Shown in pieces: positions 37,245 through 48,137 of a DNA stretch of 55,739 bases (position 1 is its first letter; every line of letters begins with the position of its first letter). The position numbers and the translations under genes are program-made. Source of the stretch: Nitrospinota bacterium (lineage in GTDB: Bacteria > UBA8248 > JACPRG01 > G963555815); contig JBHIBA010000002.1 in NCBI GenBank assembly GCA_046758845.1, positions 1 to 55,739 of the forward strand. The letters are read 5' to 3'. The notes beneath the pieces are model-generated. The model worked only from the letters and a program-made list of their open reading frames with translations. It was not told the DNA's origin and did no database searches.

Positions 37245-37500
37245 CGGGATGGGAAGCGTCGGACGGGTCCCGGCCGAGTCCCGAAGCCGAAAGATGCCAG
37301 GGAAAGTCCGAGACCTCGCCACGACGATGAGGAAAATGGCGGGCAGGATGGCATCCCCGCCCCTCTAGGGATAAATTCGTAAGGTTGTGTTTTCCCTTTG
37401 ACACCGCCGGGCCGGGGGAGATAGGGGGATTTGCCAGAGACCGTCGGGTAGGGTTGAACGTTGACTGTGACCTGACTCGGCAGGGGCTGGGAAGAATCAC

Positions 37501-38199
37501 ATGTTTATTCCGCTCAAAGATGACAATCCAACCCGCATCACCCCTTACGTCACCTTCTTTCTCATCGGGTTGAACATCCTGGGCTTTTTCATGGAGTTTC
37601 AGGCTCCCACGCACCTGGCCCAAAGGAAGCTGATCTACGGGATGGGCGCCATACCCGTGCGATTTACGCAGGACGTCGGTGCGCTGCCGGATTTTTTCCT
37701 GCCCGCCTGGATGACCCTGTTTACTTCGCTGTTCTTGCACGCCGGATTTGTCCATCTCGGCGGAAACATGCTCTACCTCTGGATCTTCGGGAACAACATC
37801 GAGGAATATCTGGGCCACGCCCGCTTTGCGATGTTTTACCTCGTCTCTGGAGTCGCGGCGACGTGGGCCCACATTCTCATAGACCCCTCCTCGCAGATAC
37901 CCTTAATCGGAGCCAGCGGAGCGATAGCAGGCGTCTTGGGCGCTTATCTGGTCCTCTACCCGAGACACAAGGTGGTGTGTCTGATCGTGTTCTTTTTCAT
38001 TCAGGTGGTGCGGATCCCCGCGCTCTGGGTTTTGGGTTTCTGGTTCGTGATTCAGTTGTTTCGGGGTACGATGTCCCTGGGTCTGGAGAGTTCGGGCGGG
38101 GTGGCCTGGTTCGCTCACATCGGGGGCTTCGTCGTGGGCCTCGTGCTCATCCGCCTGGCGGGGAAGATGGGGTGGAACGCGTACAAACGTTGGTGGTAA
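37501..38199 (+). CDS. Rhomboid-family intramembrane serine protease
   Basis: Has 6 TM helices, the catalytic Ser in GASGAIAGVLGAY, the catalytic His in WFAHIGGFVVG, and the HAGFVHLGGNMLYLWIFG motif. Confidence 0.85.
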   Translation: MFIPLKDDNPTRITPYVTFFLIGLNILGFFMEFQAPTHLAQRKLIYGMGAIPVRFTQDVGALPDFFLPAWMTLFTSLFLHAGFVHLGGNMLYLWIFGNNIEEYLGHARFAMFYLVSGVAATWAHILIDPSSQIPLIGASGAIAGVLGAYLVLYPRHKVVCLIVFFFIQVVRIPALWVLGFWFVIQLFRGTMSLGLESSGGVAWFAHIGGFVVGLVLIRLAGKMGWNAYKRWW

Positions 38200-38867
38200 C
38201 GCTCGGCGCCGCGCTGTGGCTGATGACAACGGGCGCTCAGGGCGTTGCCCAGGATTTACAGACGGTGGTGGAGGGCGTGCAGGCCCGATACCAGCAGACC
38301 CATTTCTTTCAAGCGCGGTTTCGCCAGACTTCGGTCTTGGCGTCATTGGGAGAAAGACTGGAGTCCGCCGGACGCGTTTACATCCGGAAACCCGGAATGA
38401 TGAGGTGGGAATACGAGGGCCCGGAACGGCAGCTGCTGGTGAGCGACGGGCTGAGTTTCTGGGTCTACACGCCGAAGCTCAAGCAGGTCATCGCCAGCCG
38501 GTTTGGAGAGACCTTCCGGTCCAAAACGCCTTTGGCCTTCCTGGCGGGAAATGGAGACATCCGCCGCGAGTTCAACGTCCGTTTCAGGGAGAAGCGGCCG
38601 GAAGCGGGCAACGGGGCGCCCGCCCTCCACAGGCTTTCCCTGATCCCCAAGAAGCCCCATCCCAGCTTGAAGGAGCTGCGTCTGGACGTGCGCAAGGAAG
38701 ACTATCTCATCGTCCGAAGCTCGCTGATTGACCCCTACGGGAACGTGACGGACATCCAGTTTGAGAATATCCGTGTGGATGAGGCGCTCCCGCAGGACCT
38801 GTTTACGTTCCGGATCCCGCCTGGAGTCGAGGTCGTCCACCCGCCCCCGACACCGGGCAGTCGATAG
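38172..38867 (+). CDS. lolA: Outer-membrane lipoprotein carrier protein LolA
   Basis: After a short signal peptide (...AALWLMTTGAQG) comes LQTVVEGVQARYQQTHFFQARFRQT...AGRVYIRKPGMMRWEY...LLVSDGLSFWVY. The start is uncertain: GTG 38172 has a GGGAAG Shine-Dalgarno, with GTG 38193 as an alternative. Confidence 0.75.
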   Translation: MERVQTLVVTLGAALWLMTTGAQGVAQDLQTVVEGVQARYQQTHFFQARFRQTSVLASLGERLESAGRVYIRKPGMMRWEYEGPERQLLVSDGLSFWVYTPKLKQVIASRFGETFRSKTPLAFLAGNGDIRREFNVRFREKRPEAGNGAPALHRLSLIPKKPHPSLKELRLDVRKEDYLIVRSSLIDPYGNVTDIQFENIRVDEALPQDLFTFRIPPGVEVVHPPPTPGSR

Positions 38868-38903
38868 CTTCCGGACCACACCCTTGAGGACAGCGCATTG
38901 ATC

Positions 38904-40040
38904 ATGACCATCGTCTTCGCCGTTCTGATTTTAGGAATTCTGGTGTTCGTCCACGAGTTGGGACACTTCCTGGCGGCCAAGCAGTTCGGCATCGGGGTGG
39001 AGAAGTTTTCCCTGGGGTTCGGCCCCAAGCTCATCGGCAGGAAGTACGGCGGGACCGAATACCTGATCTCCGCCATTCCCCTGGGGGGCTACGTCAAACT
39101 GATGGGGCAGGAGGTGAGCGATTTCCCCACCAGAAAAGAAGGAAAGGGGGAAAGCGGTGAGGAGGATGAATCCGGCGAACCGGCGGTGCCGCCGGAGAAG
39201 TCCTTCGCGCTGCGGCCCGTAGGCCAGCGCCTCTGGGTGGTCCTGGCCGGTCCGGTGTTCAACCTGGTCTTCGCCGTCCTGGTCTTCTGGGTGGTGACCC
39301 TCCTCGGCACTCCCTATTTCGCGCCTTCCATCGCCAAGGTCGTCCCCGGTTCCCCGGCGGAGAAGGCCGGCATCAAGGCCGGGGACGAAGTCGTCGAGAT
39401 CGAAGGAAGGCGCGTGAGCCGGTGGGAAGAATTGGTCGAAGTCGTCCGGGAAAGTGGGGACAAAAGGCTGGAGGTAAAGGTCCTTCGGGATCGGCGGGAG
39501 ATTCTCCTCTCGGTCCGGCCGAAGGTCATGTCCACTCGGACGATCACCGGTCAAGAAATCAAACGCACCATGATCGGCGTGCAGACAGGGGGGGTCCTTC
39601 GCCTCGGCCCCTATCCCCCGCGGGAGTCGCCTGACCCGATAACGGCCGTGGGGCGGGCGCTCGGGCAGACGTGGCGAATCATCGACCAGACGGGACAGGC
39701 GGTGGGCCTGATCTTCCGAGGTGTTGTGCCCGCTCGGGACGCCCTCGGGGGGCCGATCCTCATCGGGGAGCGGGCCGGCTGGCACTGCCAGGCGGGGGGC
39801 GTCAACTGCGCGTTTTTCGCCTCGTTCATCAGCATCAACCTGGCGCTGTTGAACCTGCTTCCCATCCCGGTCCTGGACGGAGGACACATTTTCTTCTACC
39901 TTATAGAAGTCGTGCGGCGTAAGCCGATAGGCCTTCGAACCAGGGAGGCCGCACAGAAGGTGGGAATGGTCTTTATCCTCCTTCTGATGATCTACGCCTT
40001 TTACAACGACATCATGCGCTTCCTGGCGCCGGTTCCGTGA
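38904..40040 (+). CDS. rseP: RIP site-2 zinc metalloprotease RseP (M50 family, one PDZ domain)
   Basis: Contains FVHELGHFLAAK (HExxH), a PDZ domain (GSPAEKAGIKAGDEVVEIEG), and the C-terminal NLLPIPVLDGGH. The start is ATG 38904, with TTG 38898 as an alternative. Confidence 0.9.
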   Translation: MTIVFAVLILGILVFVHELGHFLAAKQFGIGVEKFSLGFGPKLIGRKYGGTEYLISAIPLGGYVKLMGQEVSDFPTRKEGKGESGEEDESGEPAVPPEKSFALRPVGQRLWVVLAGPVFNLVFAVLVFWVVTLLGTPYFAPSIAKVVPGSPAEKAGIKAGDEVVEIEGRRVSRWEELVEVVRESGDKRLEVKVLRDRREILLSVRPKVMSTRTITGQEIKRTMIGVQTGGVLRLGPYPPRESPDPITAVGRALGQTWRIIDQTGQAVGLIFRGVVPARDALGGPILIGERAGWHCQAGGVNCAFFASFISINLALLNLLPIPVLDGGHIFFYLIEVVRRKPIGLRTREAAQKVGMVFILLLMIYAFYNDIMRFLAPVP

Positions 40041-40047
40041 GGGCGAG

Positions 40048-41232
40048 GTGACGGATTTCACCCAAAAAAGACGAAAGACCAAACCAGTTTTCGTAGGCAA
40101 CGTCCAGGTGGGCGGCGGCGCCCCGGTGGTCGTCCAGTCCATGGCGGATACCGACACCCGCGACACCCTGGCGACGATGGGCCAGATCAACGACTTGGAG
40201 GAAGTGGGCTGCGAGATCGTCCGCGTCGCCGTTCCCGACATGGACGCCGCCAAATGCATCCGCACGCTGAAGGCGGGGACAAACCTGCCGCTCGTGGCGG
40301 ATATCCACTTCGACTACCGCCTGGCGCTGGAGGCCCTGAAAGGGGAGATCGACTGCCTGCGCATCAACCCGGGCAACATCCGCGCCTACGGCGGGGGCGA
40401 GCACAAGGTGAAAGAGCTGGCCCGGGCATGCAACGACCTGGGCGTCCCCATCCGGGTCGGCGTCAACTCCGGCTCCCTGGAGGTCGAACTGGTCGATAAG
40501 TACGGGGGACCGATGCCCGAAGCAATGGTCGAGAGCGCCCTGCGCCACGTCGAGCTGTTGGAGAAATACAACTTTGACAGTATAAAGATTTCCCTGAAGG
40601 CCTCCGACGTCTGGCGAACGGTGAGCGCCTACCGGCTGATCGCCGAAAAGGTGGATTACCCCCTTCACCTGGGAGTGACCGAGGCGGGCGCCCACGTCAC
40701 GGGGGCGATCAAGACGACAGCCGCCTTTTCGCTTCTTTTGAGCGAGGGAGTCGGCGACACCATCCGCGTCTCCCTGGCCGCCGATCCCGTGGAAGAGGTC
40801 AAGGTCGGCTACGAGATCCTCAAGTCCTTGGAGCTCCGCCATCGCGGAGTCAACGTGGTGGCCTGTCCGACCTGCGGCCGGATTCAAATCGACGTGGAAG
40901 GGCTGGCCAATCAGCTGGAAAAGGCCCTCGCCCACGTCAAACACCCCATCACCGTGGCCGTCATGGGCTGCGAAGTGAACGGGCCAGGCGAGGCCAAGGA
41001 CGCCGACATCGGCATTGCCGGGGGCAAGGGCGAGGGGATGATCTTCAAAAAGGGACAGAAGTACCGGAAGGTCAAAGAGGAAGAGTTCTTCGACACCATC
41101 GTGGAAGAAATCGAGCGCATGGCCGCGGAAGGAGAACTCACCGCGCAGGGGGAATCCGGCGGGGCGGAAGAAGAGCCCTGGGAGCCTCCTCTGCCCGAAG
41201 GGATCAAAGTCCGGCTTCCCGTCATCCCCTGA
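40048..41232 (+). CDS. ispG: 4-hydroxy-3-methylbut-2-en-1-yl diphosphate synthase
   Basis: Contains VGNVQVGGGAPVVVQSM, RINPGNI, and the Fe-S cysteines VACPTCGR and GCEVNGPGE. GTG start. Confidence 0.95.
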   Translation: MTDFTQKRRKTKPVFVGNVQVGGGAPVVVQSMADTDTRDTLATMGQINDLEEVGCEIVRVAVPDMDAAKCIRTLKAGTNLPLVADIHFDYRLALEALKGEIDCLRINPGNIRAYGGGEHKVKELARACNDLGVPIRVGVNSGSLEVELVDKYGGPMPEAMVESALRHVELLEKYNFDSIKISLKASDVWRTVSAYRLIAEKVDYPLHLGVTEAGAHVTGAIKTTAAFSLLLSEGVGDTIRVSLAADPVEEVKVGYEILKSLELRHRGVNVVACPTCGRIQIDVEGLANQLEKALAHVKHPITVAVMGCEVNGPGEAKDADIGIAGGKGEGMIFKKGQKYRKVKEEEFFDTIVEEIERMAAEGELTAQGESGGAEEEPWEPPLPEGIKVRLPVIP

Positions 41233-41355
41233 ACCGTCCGAAGACCGGCAGCCCGGCCATCATACCGTGAACCCTTTCGCGACCCCCGTCCTTTTCTCCG
41301 TCCGTGCGTCCGCCCAAGCCCCCCAACCGGCAACGGCGAAACCCGGAGCCCTTTG

Positions 41356-43152
41356 ATGCGTTACTCCCGCACTTTCCTGCCCACCCTGAAGGAAGACCCG
41401 GCCGAGGCGGAGGTGGTCAGCCACACCCTCATGGTGAGGGCCGCCCTGATTCGCCGATTGTCGGCCGGCGTCTACACCCTGTTGCCGGTGGGCCTCCGAG
41501 TGCAGCAAAAGGTCGAGGCCATCGTCCGGGAAGAGATGAACCGCGCCGGCGCCCAGGAGGCGCTCCTTCCCGTGCTCCTCCCGGCGGAGCTGTGGCGGGA
41601 GACCGGGCGGTGGGAGGCTTACGGCAAGGAGCTCATGCGCATCAGAGACCGGCACGGGCGCGACTTCTGCCTCGGCCCGACCCACGAGGAAGTCATCACC
41701 GACCTGATCCGGCGCGACGTGCGGTCCTATCGCGAACTGCCTTTGAACCTCTACCAGATTCAGACCAAGTTCCGGGACGAGATCCGCCCACGATTCGGAA
41801 TCATGCGGGGTCGGGAATTCATGATGAAGGACGCCTACAGCTTCGACCGGGACGAGAGAGGGGCGGAGGATAGCTACCGGAAGATGTTCGAGGCCTACGG
41901 ACGGATCTTCACCCGGTGCGGGTTGAGTTTCTCCGGGGTGGAAGCCGAGACGGGACTCATCGGGGGCAGTTTTTCTCACGAGTTTATGGTCCATGCCGAT
42001 ACCGGGGAGGAGGCCATCACCGTCTGCGACAATTGCGGTTATGCAGCCAACGTGCAGAGGACCCCCCTCTGCGAGGAGGCCGGGCGGCTCTCTGGGGATG
42101 CGGGGGGGGACGGGCCTGCGGACATCGAGCCGCGCAAGGTCCATACGCCGGGTGCGACGACGGCCGAGGAGGTGGCCCGCTTTTTCGGCCGCGACCTCAG
42201 CGGGCTCGCCAAGACCCTGATCTACGAAGTCGACGGCGCGCCCGTCGCCGTTCTGGTCCGGGGCGACTGCCAAGTGAATGAGACGAAGCTGAAACGTCTA
42301 CTTCGGGCTACGGACCTCGTTCTGGCAGGGGAGGATACGACCGAAGGGGTCACGGGGGCCCCAGTCGGTTTTGCGGGGCCCATCCACCTGCAAGACGGCG
42401 TCCCCATTATCTGCGACTACACCGTCAAGGGCCGAAAGAACCTCGTCGTGGGGGCGAATGCGGCCGACCATCATTACGAAGGGGTGAAGCCCGAGCGGGA
42501 TTTCGAGGTCAGTGAATACGCCGACGTCCGATTCGCCCGGCAGGGAGATCCCTGCCCTCAATGCGGCGCCTCTCTGCGCATCATGCGGGGGATCGAGGTC
42601 GGCCACGTCTTCAAGCTGGGGACCAAGTACAGCGAGGCCATGGGCGCAACGTTCCTGGATGAGAAGGGGGACGCCCGGCCGATCATCATGGGCTGCTACG
42701 GCATCGGCATCGGGCGGACCATCGCCGCCGCCATCGAACAGAACCACGACGAAAACGGCATCATCTGGCCCGTACCCATCGCGCCCTTCCAGGGGATGGT
42801 CATCCCCCTCAACGTCAAGGACGATTCGGTGAGGAAGGCCGCGGAGGACGTGTATGCGGAGCTGTTGCGCTCAGGCCTGGAGGTTCTTCTGGACGACCGG
42901 GACGAGCGGCCCGGCGTGAAATTCAAGGACGCCGACCTCATCGGGATCCCCTTCCAGGTCATCTTGGGAAAAAGGGACCTGGCGGAAGGCGTGGCCGAGC
43001 TGAAGTCTCGTAGGGACGGGGCGAAAGAGCGGGTGGACCTGGACCAGGTGGCCGGGACCATCCATCGCCGGGTGAAGGAAGCCCTCTCGGCGGCTCAGCC
43101 GGATGAGGCGGCGTCCCCGGAGGATCGTCCGGGTAGGCATGTGGATGATTGA
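41356..43152 (+). CDS. proS: Prolyl-tRNA synthetase (bacterial type with editing insertion)
   Basis: Starts MRYSRTFLPTLKEDPAEAEVVSHTLMVRAALIRR. It contains FRDEIRPRFGIMRGREFMMKDAYSF and a C-terminal anticodon-binding domain. Confidence 0.95.
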   Translation: MRYSRTFLPTLKEDPAEAEVVSHTLMVRAALIRRLSAGVYTLLPVGLRVQQKVEAIVREEMNRAGAQEALLPVLLPAELWRETGRWEAYGKELMRIRDRHGRDFCLGPTHEEVITDLIRRDVRSYRELPLNLYQIQTKFRDEIRPRFGIMRGREFMMKDAYSFDRDERGAEDSYRKMFEAYGRIFTRCGLSFSGVEAETGLIGGSFSHEFMVHADTGEEAITVCDNCGYAANVQRTPLCEEAGRLSGDAGGDGPADIEPRKVHTPGATTAEEVARFFGRDLSGLAKTLIYEVDGAPVAVLVRGDCQVNETKLKRLLRATDLVLAGEDTTEGVTGAPVGFAGPIHLQDGVPIICDYTVKGRKNLVVGANAADHHYEGVKPERDFEVSEYADVRFARQGDPCPQCGASLRIMRGIEVGHVFKLGTKYSEAMGATFLDEKGDARPIIMGCYGIGIGRTIAAAIEQNHDENGIIWPVPIAPFQGMVIPLNVKDDSVRKAAEDVYAELLRSGLEVLLDDRDERPGVKFKDADLIGIPFQVILGKRDLAEGVAELKSRRDGAKERVDLDQVAGTIHRRVKEALSAAQPDEAASPEDRPGRHVDD

Positions 43153-43220
43153 ACGCCTGAAAAATCCCTTGAATTTCTTCGTACGGGTGGTAGATTAGGT
43201 GTAGATGGATCGCCTGCGCA

Positions 43221-43252
43221 AGAGTGGGTTGAGACCGCCCGCTCTTTTTTTT
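43221..43252 (+). terminator. Rho-independent terminator after proS
   Basis: The stem is AGAGTGGG (43221-43228) paired with CCCGCTCT (43238-43245), including one G-U pair, with a 9-nt loop. It is followed by a 7-nt T run. Confidence 0.6.
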
Positions 43253-43266
43253 GACCGGGAGGTCCT

Positions 43267-43770
43267 TTGCTCGCCGGGGAAGTGAGAAGTCGGCTCTGGC
43301 CCATCGTTGATCCCGTTGTGGAAGACGAGGGGCTGGAATTGGTGGAGTTGGAGTTCGTCCAGCAAGGCGGGAGGTGGGTGCTCCGTATCTACATGGACAA
43401 GCCCGGCGGCGTTCAATTGGAAGACTGCGAACGGGTGAGTCGCCGGGTCAGTCCGGTTCTCGACGTGGAGGACCCGATCCCTCACCGGTATGTCCTGGAG
43501 GTTTCCTCCCCCGGCATTCCGAGGCCCATCCGGCGGGCGCACGACTTCGAGCGCTTCTGCGGCCAACGGGCCCGCATCGAACTCACCCTCCCGGTAAGAG
43601 GTCGAAAGCGGTATTCGGGCAAGCTGGCGGGCGTCTCCGGCGGAGCCGCGCCGGAGGTGGCGTTAAAACTGGAGGGCGGAGAGGTCGTGCGTCTCTCCCT
43701 GGCGCAAATCAAGCGGGCTCGCCTCGAGGAAGAAATGGAAGGCACGAATCGGGCATCCCACGGCCATTAG
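43267..43770 (+). CDS. rimP: Ribosome maturation factor RimP
   Basis: Contains EGLELVELEF...WVLRIYMDKPGGVQLEDCERVSR...LEVSSPGIPRP. The TTG start is preceded by a GGGAGG Shine-Dalgarno. It begins the rimP-nusA-infB order. Confidence 0.85.
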   Translation: MLAGEVRSRLWPIVDPVVEDEGLELVELEFVQQGGRWVLRIYMDKPGGVQLEDCERVSRRVSPVLDVEDPIPHRYVLEVSSPGIPRPIRRAHDFERFCGQRARIELTLPVRGRKRYSGKLAGVSGGAAPEVALKLEGGEVVRLSLAQIKRARLEEEMEGTNRASHGH

Positions 43771-43782
43771 GAGAGAACCCCG

Positions 43783-45348
43783 GTGAACCAGGAGCTCATG
43801 CTCGTCTTAAACCAGATCCAGAGAGAGAAGGGCATCGACCAGGAGGTGCTCATTGACGCCGTGAAGTCAGCGGTGGTCTCGGCGTCGCGGAAGTACTACG
43901 GCCTCACGGCCGACATCGAGGCCGTCTTCGACACCGAGAGCGGCGCAATGGAACTTCTGTGCCACAAGACCGTCGTGGACGAGGTGGTCGACCCGGAACT
44001 GGAGATCTCGGTGGAAGAGGCCGCTGCCCATAAGGAAAACCCGGTCGTGGGGGAGGTCGTCCACATCCGCATTCCCTACGAAGGGTTTGGCCGCATCGCC
44101 GCCCAGACGGCCAAGCAGGTCATCCTGCAGCGTGTGCGCGAGGGCGAGCGCGAAATGATTTACAACGAGTACAAGGACCGCGAGGGGGAACTGATCAACG
44201 GCACGGTTTCTCGCGTGGAAAAGGGGACCATCTATGTGAACATGGGGAAAGGGGAGGGGGTGCTGCCCCGGAGGGAGCAGGTGTTTCGTGAGGCCTACCG
44301 GCGGGGTGACCGGATCCGCACCTATCTGTTGGAAGTCCGCCAGGCGGTCCGAGGTCCTCAAATCATTCTTTCGCGCACGCACCCCGCCCTGGTGGTTCGG
44401 CTGTTCGAGATCGAGGTCCCGGAGATCTACGAGGGAATCGTAGAGATCAAGACCGCTGTCCGCGAACCGAGCGGGCGGACAAAGATCGCGGTGCTCTCTC
44501 ATGACCGGGACGTGGATCCGGTCGGGGCCTGCGTCGGCATGCGGGGCTCCCGCGTCCAGGCCATCGTCCAAGAGCTCCAGGGGGAGAAGATCGACATCAT
44601 CCCCTGGTCGGAAGATACTCAGGTCCTGGCCGCGAACGCCTTGAGTCCCGCGAAGATCTCGCGAATCATTTTAAACGATGAACAGAACGCGATTACGGTC
44701 GTCGCCCCGGATGACCAGTTGTCGCTGGCCATCGGCAAAGGCGGTCAGAACGTGCGCCTGGCGGCCAAACTTCTCAAATGGCGCATCGACATCAAGAGTG
44801 AGACCGAGTACCAGTCCGAGCAGTTGGCGAAGGCCTCCTTCATCCTCTCGGGCGGAGGAAAGGAGGCCAGGAAGACGCCTTTGACCGAGCTGGAGGGTCT
44901 GGGTCCCAGAACGGCCGAGCTTCTGGTGGAGCATGGAGTCCGCAATGTGGAGGAATTGGCCGAAGCTTCGGTGGAGACGATGGTCGAGATTCCGGGAATC
45001 GGACAAAAAAGCGCCGAGGCCCTCATCCAACGGGCCGTGGGTTTTCTGAAAGAGCAGGGGGCTTCGGAAGAAGAAAGGCCCGCCGCGGCGGAACCCGAGG
45101 GGCAGGAATCGCCGGCTGAGGAAAAGGGTGTGGCCGGGGAGGCCCCGGCGGCCGAGGAGCCCCCGACGGAGCCACAGGCGGACGAGGAGAGCGCCGAAGG
45201 ACCGGGAAGTTTAGGGTCGGATGAATTGGCGCCCGTCTCCGTTGAACCCGCGGAGGAAAGAGCGGAAACCGAGACATCCGCAGAGGTAACCGAGTTCAGC
45301 GGACCGGAAGAAACGAGTCCTTCCGAATCCGCCGGGAAGGAAGCGTGA
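43783..45348 (+). CDS. nusA: Transcription termination/antitermination factor NusA
   Basis: Has the N-terminal domain ([19 protein letters not shown]), an S1 domain, two KH domains ([14 protein letters not shown]; [13 protein letters not shown]), an HhH region, and an acidic low-complexity tail of about 100 aa. Confidence 0.95.
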   Translation: MNQELMLVLNQIQREKGIDQEVLIDAVKSAVVSASRKYYGLTADIEAVFDTESGAMELLCHKTVVDEVVDPELEISVEEAAAHKENPVVGEVVHIRIPYEGFGRIAAQTAKQVILQRVREGEREMIYNEYKDREGELINGTVSRVEKGTIYVNMGKGEGVLPRREQVFREAYRRGDRIRTYLLEVRQAVRGPQIILSRTHPALVVRLFEIEVPEIYEGIVEIKTAVREPSGRTKIAVLSHDRDVDPVGACVGMRGSRVQAIVQELQGEKIDIIPWSEDTQVLAANALSPAKISRIILNDEQNAITVVAPDDQLSLAIGKGGQNVRLAAKLLKWRIDIKSETEYQSEQLAKASFILSGGGKEARKTPLTELEGLGPRTAELLVEHGVRNVEELAEASVETMVEIPGIGQKSAEALIQRAVGFLKEQGASEEERPAAAEPEGQESPAEEKGVAGEAPAAEEPPTEPQADEESAEGPGSLGSDELAPVSVEPAEERAETETSAEVTEFSGPEETSPSESAGKEA

Positions 45349-45420
45349 TCGACCCTGGATAGTTGGGATTCCGCCGTTTTTCCGTAAATTACCGGGCCGA
45401 AACGGAAAATTTGACTGTGT

Positions 45421-45426
45421 TATAAT
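45421..45426 (+). promoter_or_regulatory. Candidate -10 element (TATAAT) of an internal promoter for infB
   Basis: A perfect TATAAT lies in the 117-nt nusA-infB spacer, 39 nt before the infB ATG. No convincing -35 was found. It shares the TATAATTCT context with the site at 52112. Confidence 0.3.
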
Positions 45427-45465
45427 TCTGCTTGATTGTTCGGTTCCTGACCCACGGAGCTTCAA

Positions 45466-47850
45466 ATGGCGAAAGTGAAGATTTACGAATTAGCCCGAAA
45501 ACTCGGGATGCCAAGCAAGGAATTGGCGGCCTGGGCGAAAGAAGCGGGTTTCGCCGTCAACACCCATATGAGCTCAGTGGACGAAAAGACAGCGGAAGAA
45601 ATCCTGGGCGGGGCAGAAAAGGCCGGACTGGTTTCCGGTCGGAAAGAGGCCACTGCCGGGGAAACCCCGTCGACCAAGAAGCCGGCGAAAAAAGTCGCGA
45701 AGCCCAAGAAAGTGGCCGCCGCCTCCGAATCTCTGACGGCGACCGTTAAGCCGCCCGCCAAGAAGGCAAAGGCCCCGGCGGCCCCCGCAGAGGCGGAAGC
45801 AAAAAGCGAGCGCGAGGAAATCATCGACGAGCTCGAAGCACTAGAACAACAGCTTCAAACCCAAGCCACAAAAGAAGCGGAAGAGGCGACGAAAACAGCA
45901 GAAGTTCCCGCTGAAAAGGCTGAGGAGAAACTGGATCATGTGCCCGCCGAGATTCAGCCGGCGGTGACCGAGCAAGCCACCCCTGAAGTCGAGCCGGAGC
46001 CACCGAAACCGGTGGAGGAAGCCGAGGAAACAGCCCCCGTCCCTGCGGCTGAAGCGGAGGAGGCGCAACCCGAGGAAATCGCCGAAAAGGCCCCCGAGGA
46101 TCGAAAGGTCCGTCTCCCTGAAGCGCCGACGGTCAAAGAGCTGGCTGATCGGTTCGGGACGACGACCGCCGATCTGCTGATGAGATTGATGGGAATGGGG
46201 ATTGTCTCCAACGTCAACTCCCTGGTTGACAGCGGCGTCGCCCTTGAGTTGGCCCGGCAATACGGATTTGAGCCGGAGATTGAGGAGGAGGGAATCGACG
46301 CCGGTCTGGAACCCGAGGAAGAGGAACGCGAGGAAGACCTGCTCCCCCGTCCGCCGGTCGTGACGGTGATGGGCCACGTCGATCACGGAAAGACCTCTTT
46401 GCTGGACGCCATCCGGCAGACCAACGTGACGCAGATGGAAGCGGGAAGCATCACCCAGCACATCGGGGCCTATCACGTCACGGTGGACCATGGGACCATC
46501 GTCTTTCTCGATACCCCCGGCCACGAGGCCTTCACCGCCATGCGCGCCCGGGGGGCGAAGGCTACAGACATCGTCGTCCTCGTGGTGGCGGCCAATGACG
46601 GCGTCATGCCCCAGACCCGAGAGGCCATTGCCCATGCCCGGGCGGCGGAAGTGCCCATCGTCGTGGCGGTCAACAAGATCGACCTCTCCAACGCCGACCC
46701 TGAAAAAGTCCGGCGGGAGATGAGCGAGCTCGGCCTGGTCCCGGAAGCCTGGGGAGGCGAGACCATCTATATGGACATCTCGGCCAAGCAGCGCCTGAAC
46801 ATCAAGGAACTGCTCGAGATGATCCTCCTTCAGGCCGAAATCATGGAGCTTAAGGCCAACCCGAACCGACGGGCCCGGTGTGTTGTCTTGGAAGCCGAGC
46901 TGGACAGAGGCCGCGGCCCTGTGGCGCGAGTCCTGGTTCAGCAGGGGACCCTCCATCAGGGCGATCCCTTCGTGGCGGGCCTGCATCACGGAAAGGTGCG
47001 CGCCCTCATCAACGACGAAGGCCGGAAGGTCCAATCGGCGGGGCCATCCATGCCTGTGGAGGTATTGGGTCTGTCGGGCGTTCCCCAAGCGGGCGATTCC
47101 TTTGCTGTGATGGAGGACGAACGCAAGGCCCGCCAGGTCGCCACGCAGCGCATGCAGCGGCAGCGTCAGGCGGAGCGGGCCAAACCCGCGCGTGTAACTC
47201 TGGAGGATCTCTACGACAGCCTTCGGGAGGGAGCGGTCAAAGAGCTGGCCGTCGTCCTGAAGGCGGACACGCAGGGGTCCATCGAGGCCCATCAGGAGGC
47301 GTTTGAAAAGCTCGGCGGGGAGGAGGTCCGCGTGCGCGTGATCCACAGCTCCGTGGGAGGGATCACCGAGTCGGACGTGATGTTGGCCTCGGCGTCCAAC
47401 GCCATCATCGTCGGATTCCAAGTGCGCCCGACTCCCCAGGCGGTGACCGCCGCCCAGCGCGAGGAGGTGGAAATCCGGCTGTACAATGTCATCTACGAGG
47501 CCATCAAAGAGGTCCGTTCCGCCATGAGCGGGCTCTTGGAGCCCACCACGCGCGAGGTCATCCTCGGACGCGCGGAGGTCCGAGAGATTTTTCACATCCC
47601 CCGGGTCGGCTCCGTGGCGGGCTGCTACGTGACCAACGGAACGGTGCAGCGCAACGCCCTGGCCCGAGTAATTCGAGATGACATCGTCGTGTACGAGGGG
47701 AAGATCGCTTCCCTGCGCCGTTTCAAAGACGACGTCTCCGAAGTCAGCAACGGATACGAATGCGGCATCGGAATTGAGAACTTCCAGGACATCAAGGGAG
47801 GCGACTTCATCGAGCCCTACGCCCTGGAACAGATTGAGCGAACATTGTAA
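45466..47850 (+). CDS. infB: Translation initiation factor IF-2
   Basis: Has the N-terminal [14 protein letters not shown] domain, a Lys/Ala/Glu/Pro-rich linker, and the G domain ([24 protein letters not shown]). Confidence 0.95.
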   Translation: MAKVKIYELARKLGMPSKELAAWAKEAGFAVNTHMSSVDEKTAEEILGGAEKAGLVSGRKEATAGETPSTKKPAKKVAKPKKVAAASESLTATVKPPAKKAKAPAAPAEAEAKSEREEIIDELEALEQQLQTQATKEAEEATKTAEVPAEKAEEKLDHVPAEIQPAVTEQATPEVEPEPPKPVEEAEETAPVPAAEAEEAQPEEIAEKAPEDRKVRLPEAPTVKELADRFGTTTADLLMRLMGMGIVSNVNSLVDSGVALELARQYGFEPEIEEEGIDAGLEPEEEEREEDLLPRPPVVTVMGHVDHGKTSLLDAIRQTNVTQMEAGSITQHIGAYHVTVDHGTIVFLDTPGHEAFTAMRARGAKATDIVVLVVAANDGVMPQTREAIAHARAAEVPIVVAVNKIDLSNADPEKVRREMSELGLVPEAWGGETIYMDISAKQRLNIKELLEMILLQAEIMELKANPNRRARCVVLEAELDRGRGPVARVLVQQGTLHQGDPFVAGLHHGKVRALINDEGRKVQSAGPSMPVEVLGLSGVPQAGDSFAVMEDERKARQVATQRMQRQRQAERAKPARVTLEDLYDSLREGAVKELAVVLKADTQGSIEAHQEAFEKLGGEEVRVRVIHSSVGGITESDVMLASASNAIIVGFQVRPTPQAVTAAQREEVEIRLYNVIYEAIKEVRSAMSGLLEPTTREVILGRAEVREIFHIPRVGSVAGCYVTNGTVQRNALARVIRDDIVVYEGKIASLRRFKDDVSEVSNGYECGIGIENFQDIKGGDFIEPYALEQIERTL

Positions 47851-47855
47851 CTCCG

Positions 47856-48137
47856 ATGGTGGTCGGCGTATTGACGATCGAACTGAGGTTGCACGGGAAC
47901 CGATCCCTCAAGGGAAAGCGGCAGGTGCTCCGGAGGATGAAAGATCGGATTCGAAACCGTCTCAACGTGTCCATCGCAGAGGTGGATTACCAAGAGAAGT
48001 GGCAGCGCGCCTTGGTCGCCTTAGCCACGGTGAGCAATGAGACGGGCCACGTCTCCCGGACCCTGGAGGGGGCGATCTCGATGGTGGATTCGATGGGCCT
48101 GGCCGAGATCGTCAATACGGAGATCGAGATTTTCTGA
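47856..48137 (+). CDS. DUF503 (YlxP-like) protein
   Basis: 93 aa, with VGVLTIELRLHGNRSLKGKRQVLRRMKDRIRNRLNVSIAEVDYQ. It sits in the conserved slot between infB and rbfA. Confidence 0.8.
   Translation: MVVGVLTIELRLHGNRSLKGKRQVLRRMKDRIRNRLNVSIAEVDYQEKWQRALVALATVSNETGHVSRTLEGAISMVDSMGLAEIVNTEIEIF

Noticed and set aside
37301-37310. GGAAAGTCCG in the 256-nt purN-rhomboid spacer resembles the universally conserved GGAAAGUCCGG core of RNase P RNA.
   Set aside because: The spacer (37245-37500) is too short for a bacterial RNase P RNA of about 350-400 nt. None of the other conserved blocks are visible around it, for example the ACAGAAnnCGGCTTA-like P4 3' strand. I consider it a chance match. A covariance-model scan would settle it.
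41233-41355. T-box or other leader elements upstream of the aminoacyl-tRNA synthetase genes (proS here; also leuS at 16089-16143 and glyQ at 5880-5884).
   Set aside because: The spacers are too short, at 5 to 123 nt. No T-box consensus (AANNNGGGTGGNACCGCG-like) is visible.
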